Part shown: positions 60,054 through 64,000 of the stretch, piece by piece | Layout: every line of letters starts with the position of its first letter | How positions within the stretch are numbered: position 1 is the first letter of the stretch | Assembly (NCBI GenBank): GCA_024233625.1 | Contig: JACKPJ010000004.1 | Location: forward strand, 91,905-155,904 | Reading direction: 5' to 3' | Source of the DNA: Deltaproteobacteria bacterium | GTDB lineage: Bacteria; UBA10199; DSSB01 | Length of the DNA stretch: 64,000 nt | Made by a program: the position numbers and the translations under genes | The notes under the pieces: model-generated | What the model was told of the DNA's origin: nothing | Database searches by the model: none | The model's input: only the letters and a program-made list of their open reading frames with translations

Positions 60054-60382
60054 GAAAAACACTTGAACAATTTATTATAGAAAACAAACCTGAGCTACCT
60101 GCAGCTCCAGTTAATGAGAAAGAACTTCTTCTCAAAAAAGCATCGCTTATTTTAGAAGAAAAGTCTCAGACTTTGGAGAAACAAAAAAGTTTCGTTTGGC
60201 CATGGAAACTTATCGGTACAGGTTTTTCTTTTGCAGCTTTATTTGCCTTTTTGATGATTATGCAGGTCTCGCAAAGGCCCATTATACAAAAAGCTGAGGA
60301 AGATAAAATAGGTGATTTTTTGTTAAGTACGCTTGAAGATTATTCTACGTCGTTCAATGAAGATAACGAAAATTACTTCTAG
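60050..60382 (+). CDS. Putative single-pass anti-sigma factor
   Basis: The ATG overlaps the sigma stop (ATGA). One TM segment 'LIGTGFSFAALFAFLMIM'. Positional inference only. Confidence 0.5.
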   Translation: MRKTLEQFIIENKPELPAAPVNEKELLLKKASLILEEKSQTLEKQKSFVWPWKLIGTGFSFAALFAFLMIMQVSQRPIIQKAEEDKIGDFLLSTLEDYSTSFNEDNENYF

Positions 60383-60507
60383 GGACTCTTGAAAAAGTTC
60401 ATTTTTCAAGACTCTCTTTTAATCCTTTTATTGCGAAGGCTTTAGGCTTATTGTATTCTCTAAAAGTATTTTAATAATTAGATTTTGTAATAGCTTTTGG
60501 AGTATTT

Positions 60508-61905
60508 ATGAGCTTAACTGAAGCCCCTCTTCACTATATCAAGAACAACTTTTCAAAGTTTTGTTCTGATCTTATGGAACATGCCAAAATTCCTAGTATT
60601 GCATTTCCTGGTTTTCCTCAAGGGCCATTAGAGATTTCTGCACAATGGGTAAAAGCTCATATGCAAAAAATTGGTCTTGAAAATGTAGAAATTTTGAGAG
60701 TGGGAGATGCACCACCTTATGTCTATGGTGAGTGGCTCCATTCTCCTGATGCACCAACAGTGCTTTTATATGCTCATCACGATGTGCAACCTCCTGGTAG
60801 AGATTCTGAGTGGCTTTCACCACCTTTTTCTCCTGAATTACGAGATGGACGTTTATATGGTCGAGGTGTTGTCGATGACAAAGCAGGTGGAATCATGCAT
60901 TTTGCGGCTATCGAAGCTTATCTAAAAACTCTGGGTAAATTGCCACTTAATATAAAGTTTATTGTTGAAGGAGAAGAAGAGACAGGAAGCGCACATCTCA
61001 GTGAGTTTCTTGATAAGTATTCGGAGTATCTTCGTTGTGATGTCATGGTGTTGACAGATACTGCAAATTTGCAGATTGGTTTACCGTCGATTACTTATCG
61101 TTTAAGAGGAATTATTGATGCTATCTTAGAAGTTAGAACTCTCGACCATCCTGTTCATAGTGGAATGTGGGGTGGTCCTGTCCCCGATGCTTTGATGGCA
61201 CTAAATCAAATTTTGTATAGTTTACATGATGAGAATGGTTATTTGGCAATTCCTGAAATTATTTCTAATGTGCCTCAAATCAGTGATAAAGAGAGAGGAC
61301 AGTTAAAAAAACTACCTTTTGATTCCGAAGTTTTTCGTCAAGAGTTAGGCGCTGTGTCTAACATCCAATGGATTGGCAAAAAAGATTCTTCAATATATGA
61401 GCGTCTATGGTGTCAACCAAGTTTGACCGTCATTGGAGTAGATGCTCCTTCAATTCAAGGAGCCAGTAATCAATTAGTGGATTGTGTTCGCGCAAAGATA
61501 TCTCTGCGTATTGTTTCGGGTATGGACCCCAGTTTTTGTTTAGAAAAATTATGTCAGTTTTTAGAAAGGCAAACTCCTTTTAACTGTGATGTCAAGGTCA
61601 CTCCTGGGGCTTGTGGAAGTCCATGGAAGGTTCTTCCGGATGGTCCTGCATTTGAAGCTGCAAAAAAAGCTTTGACGAAAGGCTATGATAAAGAACCTGT
61701 TTATATTGGTTGCGGAGGCTCTATTCCCTTTGTTGAACCTTTAGTCAATAAATTCGAAAAGGTGCCGGCTCTATTGATCGGTTTAGAAGATCCCTATTGT
61801 AATGCTCATGGAGAAAATGAAAGTTTACATTTGGGAGATTGGAAAAAAGGCATGATCTCTGCTGTCCACCTTTACCACGAACTAAGTCAAATTTCGATTG
61901 CGTAA
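60508..61905 (+). CDS. M20-family metallopeptidase (dipeptidase/deacylase)
   Basis: 'LLYAHHDVQPPG', 'GRGVVDDKAG' and 'VEGEEETGS' metal-ligand motifs. 465 aa. Confidence 0.85.
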   Translation: MSLTEAPLHYIKNNFSKFCSDLMEHAKIPSIAFPGFPQGPLEISAQWVKAHMQKIGLENVEILRVGDAPPYVYGEWLHSPDAPTVLLYAHHDVQPPGRDSEWLSPPFSPELRDGRLYGRGVVDDKAGGIMHFAAIEAYLKTLGKLPLNIKFIVEGEEETGSAHLSEFLDKYSEYLRCDVMVLTDTANLQIGLPSITYRLRGIIDAILEVRTLDHPVHSGMWGGPVPDALMALNQILYSLHDENGYLAIPEIISNVPQISDKERGQLKKLPFDSEVFRQELGAVSNIQWIGKKDSSIYERLWCQPSLTVIGVDAPSIQGASNQLVDCVRAKISLRIVSGMDPSFCLEKLCQFLERQTPFNCDVKVTPGACGSPWKVLPDGPAFEAAKKALTKGYDKEPVYIGCGGSIPFVEPLVNKFEKVPALLIGLEDPYCNAHGENESLHLGDWKKGMISAVHLYHELSQISIA

Positions 61906-61993
61906 AATTTTTTTTAATAGTGACGTCAATTGATCTTGGCATTGATCTTAAGTTACTAATGCATTTATGCTTTTCTAGCCGTATGACACTTAT

Positions 61994-63409
61994 TTATAGG
62001 ATGTTAAATTGAAAGCGAAAACCACCAACCTGAATTTCGTCACCGTCTTGGAGTAATGCCTCTTCTACTTTTTGGTCGTTGACTAAAATGCCATTTGAGC
62101 TTTTTAAATCAACAATGACATAACCTTCATCTGTCTTAGTAATATTAGCATGTTGACGGCTAATGCGTGATTCCTTTAAGACAACATCGTTACTAGGAGA
62201 ACGTCCCATAGTTGTGCTTTCACCTAAAATAAATTCGTGATCATCGAGAGTTCCTTCGATTAGGAGAAGAGAAGCCTCACTTGCTTCTTGGCCTGTCGGA
62301 GAGCTTGCGGCCAAATCTCCTGTTGGTTCTTCGATGTGTATTTCAATTTCATTTTCCTCTTCTTCGAAAGGAATATCCTTTAAAATATTTGAGATGGATT
62401 CATCAGCTTCAAGTTCCTCATTTTGGGGTTCTGCAGTTTGAGGAGTTGTTTGTATTTTTTCTTCCTCACCGAAATAATCACCGCCAATTTCTAATAAATC
62501 ATCATATTCCTGACTAATTTCTTCAGGTTGAACAGGTTGAAAAGTACTTTCTTCCTCAGTAAAGCTTTCTAAAATTTCACTTTCGGAAATTCCCATGGGT
62601 GGAGTTTCTTCCATCTTAGCATTGACTTGGGCTGGAGTTTCATCGGTTTGAGGAGCTTGCTCCTTATCAAGGTTTAATAACTCTTCTTGTGAAGCTATTT
62701 CTTCTTCAATACTTTCAATTTCTTCTTCTTTGAAGCTCTGTTCTTTAGGAGCATAGGGACGACCTAAAATATCTTCATATTTTTGGATGGAGCTTTGAAT
62801 GGTTTCCAAGATTGTTGAGTATTTTTTTATTTCTTTGTTTTGAACTTTTTGTTCATTTTTAAAGTCTTCGTCAGAGAATTCTTCCAAAAGATGACGAAAT
62901 TTGGCTTCCTCTAAGATACTTTCATGATGAGTAAGTATTGCTTTTTGTTCATCTTTGAGTTCGTAGAGTTTTTCTAATTCTTCTTCTAATTTCTGACACT
63001 TTTCTTCAAAAGATTCACGTACTTTATCAAGTTGTGCTTCATAGTCTCCCTTGACTTTTTTGAAGACATCTTCGGAGACATTCTCTTTGTGCTCGTACAT
63101 TTTTTCGAGTCGGTTTTCTAAGAGCTCCATTTCGCTTTTAATGGTACTCGATTCTTTGACTAAAGTTTTGTTTAATTGATAGGGGTTTAAATCAATCTCT
63201 AAATTGGATTCTTCATCTGATAAAGATGCGCTTTTTGTTTTTTTAGAAGTTTTTGATTTCTTCTTAGATTTTTCTGAGGAGTTGTTTTCGTCTTTTTCGC
63301 CGTTGCTTTCATCTCTATTTTCTGTTTCGTTTTCTAATTCTAAATCTTCTTTGTTAGATTCTGATTTAATATTGTTTTCTTGTTCTTCCGATTTGCTAGA
63401 AATTGCCAT
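61994..63409 (-). CDS. FHA-domain protein with long acidic coiled-coil or disordered N-terminal region
   Basis: C-terminal 'MGRSPSNDVVLKESRISRQHANI...VIVDLKSSNGILVND' FHA signature. The N-terminal roughly 370 aa are Glu/Lys/Ser-rich. Confidence 0.8.
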   Translation of the reverse strand: MAISSKSEEQENNIKSESNKEDLELENETENRDESNGEKDENNSSEKSKKKSKTSKKTKSASLSDEESNLEIDLNPYQLNKTLVKESSTIKSEMELLENRLEKMYEHKENVSEDVFKKVKGDYEAQLDKVRESFEEKCQKLEEELEKLYELKDEQKAILTHHESILEEAKFRHLLEEFSDEDFKNEQKVQNKEIKKYSTILETIQSSIQKYEDILGRPYAPKEQSFKEEEIESIEEEIASQEELLNLDKEQAPQTDETPAQVNAKMEETPPMGISESEILESFTEEESTFQPVQPEEISQEYDDLLEIGGDYFGEEEKIQTTPQTAEPQNEELEADESISNILKDIPFEEEENEIEIHIEEPTGDLAASSPTGQEASEASLLLIEGTLDDHEFILGESTTMGRSPSNDVVLKESRISRQHANITKTDEGYVIVDLKSSNGILVNDQKVEEALLQDGDEIQVGGFRFQFNIL

Positions 63410-63745
63410 CTCTTTTGAGCCTCCTTAAGCCTAATAATGTAAAGAAGAAGTGTGAATTAATCTTTGTTTATTCTAGAAAAGCTAATTGAAAAGGTCAAAC
63501 TAATATAATGGAGATTCAAATTTTGAATAATTTTTTAACTTTTAAAGTTATTAGGTTTATTTAACTCTTTTTTATAAGCATATGATTTTTATTTAATATT
63601 TATAGTTTTATAATCCCATTTATGAACTTGCATATTAATGCTAACATTATAAAAATGAAACTAAGTTCATTCAAACTTGTTTAACTAAAAATTAAGCATT
63701 TACATTATTCTTAAAATAGTCAAACATGACAGGGCCTTAACTCGA

Positions 63746-64000
63746 ATGGGAGATGAATTTGTTATGACTCAGAATAAAAGAAAAACTCCTCGTCCAGTTC
63801 CTCGAAAGCCAATTACAGAAGATCTCGAAAGAACAATCATTGATTTTGATATAAGTGATTTTGAGGACTCTCAAGAAGAGAATGATCAATTAGATATACC
63901 TCCTTTGGGGCAAAAAACTTCAGATGTTATTCAAAATAAAACAGAGGATAGAAAAGGTGCAAAAAAGTCTGAACCGGTCATATCTGATATATTAAATCAA
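63746..64000 (+). CDS. Partial ORF running off the window end (hypothetical)
   Basis: Open frame from the ATG at 63746 (or 63764) to nt 64000. The product is basic then acidic ('MTQNKRKTPRPVPRKP...'). No domain recognised. Confidence 0.3.
   Translation, partial: MGDEFVMTQNKRKTPRPVPRKPITEDLERTIIDFDISDFEDSQEENDQLDIPPLGQKTSDVIQNKTEDRKGAKKSEPVISDILNQ

Noticed and set aside
1-64000. CRISPR arrays, rRNA and tRNA genes
   Set aside because: I found no regularly spaced direct repeats and no rRNA- or tRNA-like conserved segments in any intergenic region on visual inspection. A tRNAscan/Infernal run would be needed to be certain.

Overview
AT-rich bacterial chromosomal window with about 58 protein genes. 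I saw no rRNA, tRNA, CRISPR array, integrase or transposase. Most of it is recognisable. (i) A B12 acyl-CoA mutase accessory locus (small subunit, MeaB) is interrupted by three toxin-antitoxin-like cassettes. (ii) A minus-strand spt / GNAT-like acyltransferase / SDR operon looks like a bacterial ceramide pathway. (iii) A thiolase-hbd-crotonase-acyl-CoA dehydrogenase-mutase operon has a large subunit carrying isobutyryl-CoA-mutase-type residues. (iv) Housekeeping genes include typA, uvrB, mazG, maf, glyQS and ppdK, plus a RimK module, an ECF sigma/anti-sigma module and a TatT-DctP pair. The exception is 10577-27294 (16.7 kb). It holds eight consecutive plus-strand ORFs of 392-912 aa that match no family I can name. 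Seven are diverged paralogs sharing an N-terminal module, often an 'MP' N-terminus, a C-proximal 'SG-h-h-S-E/D' motif and an Arg/Lys-rich tail. The eighth has internal repeats and a C-terminal glycine-zipper membrane region. Two members carry an ECF-type promoter motif that matches the one in front of the ECF sigma operon at 59 kb. I regard this array as the candidate undescribed system. Also present are a small palindromic repeat family (two copies, one with a nested palindrome insertion), a 161-bp structured inverted-repeat element inside the sphingolipid operon, and a promoter-bearing direct repeat flanking a TA cassette. Taxon is uncertain; the gene content would fit a Bdellovibrionota-like Gram-negative, but that is a guess. 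All calls rest on motif recognition by eye; no searches or computations were run.
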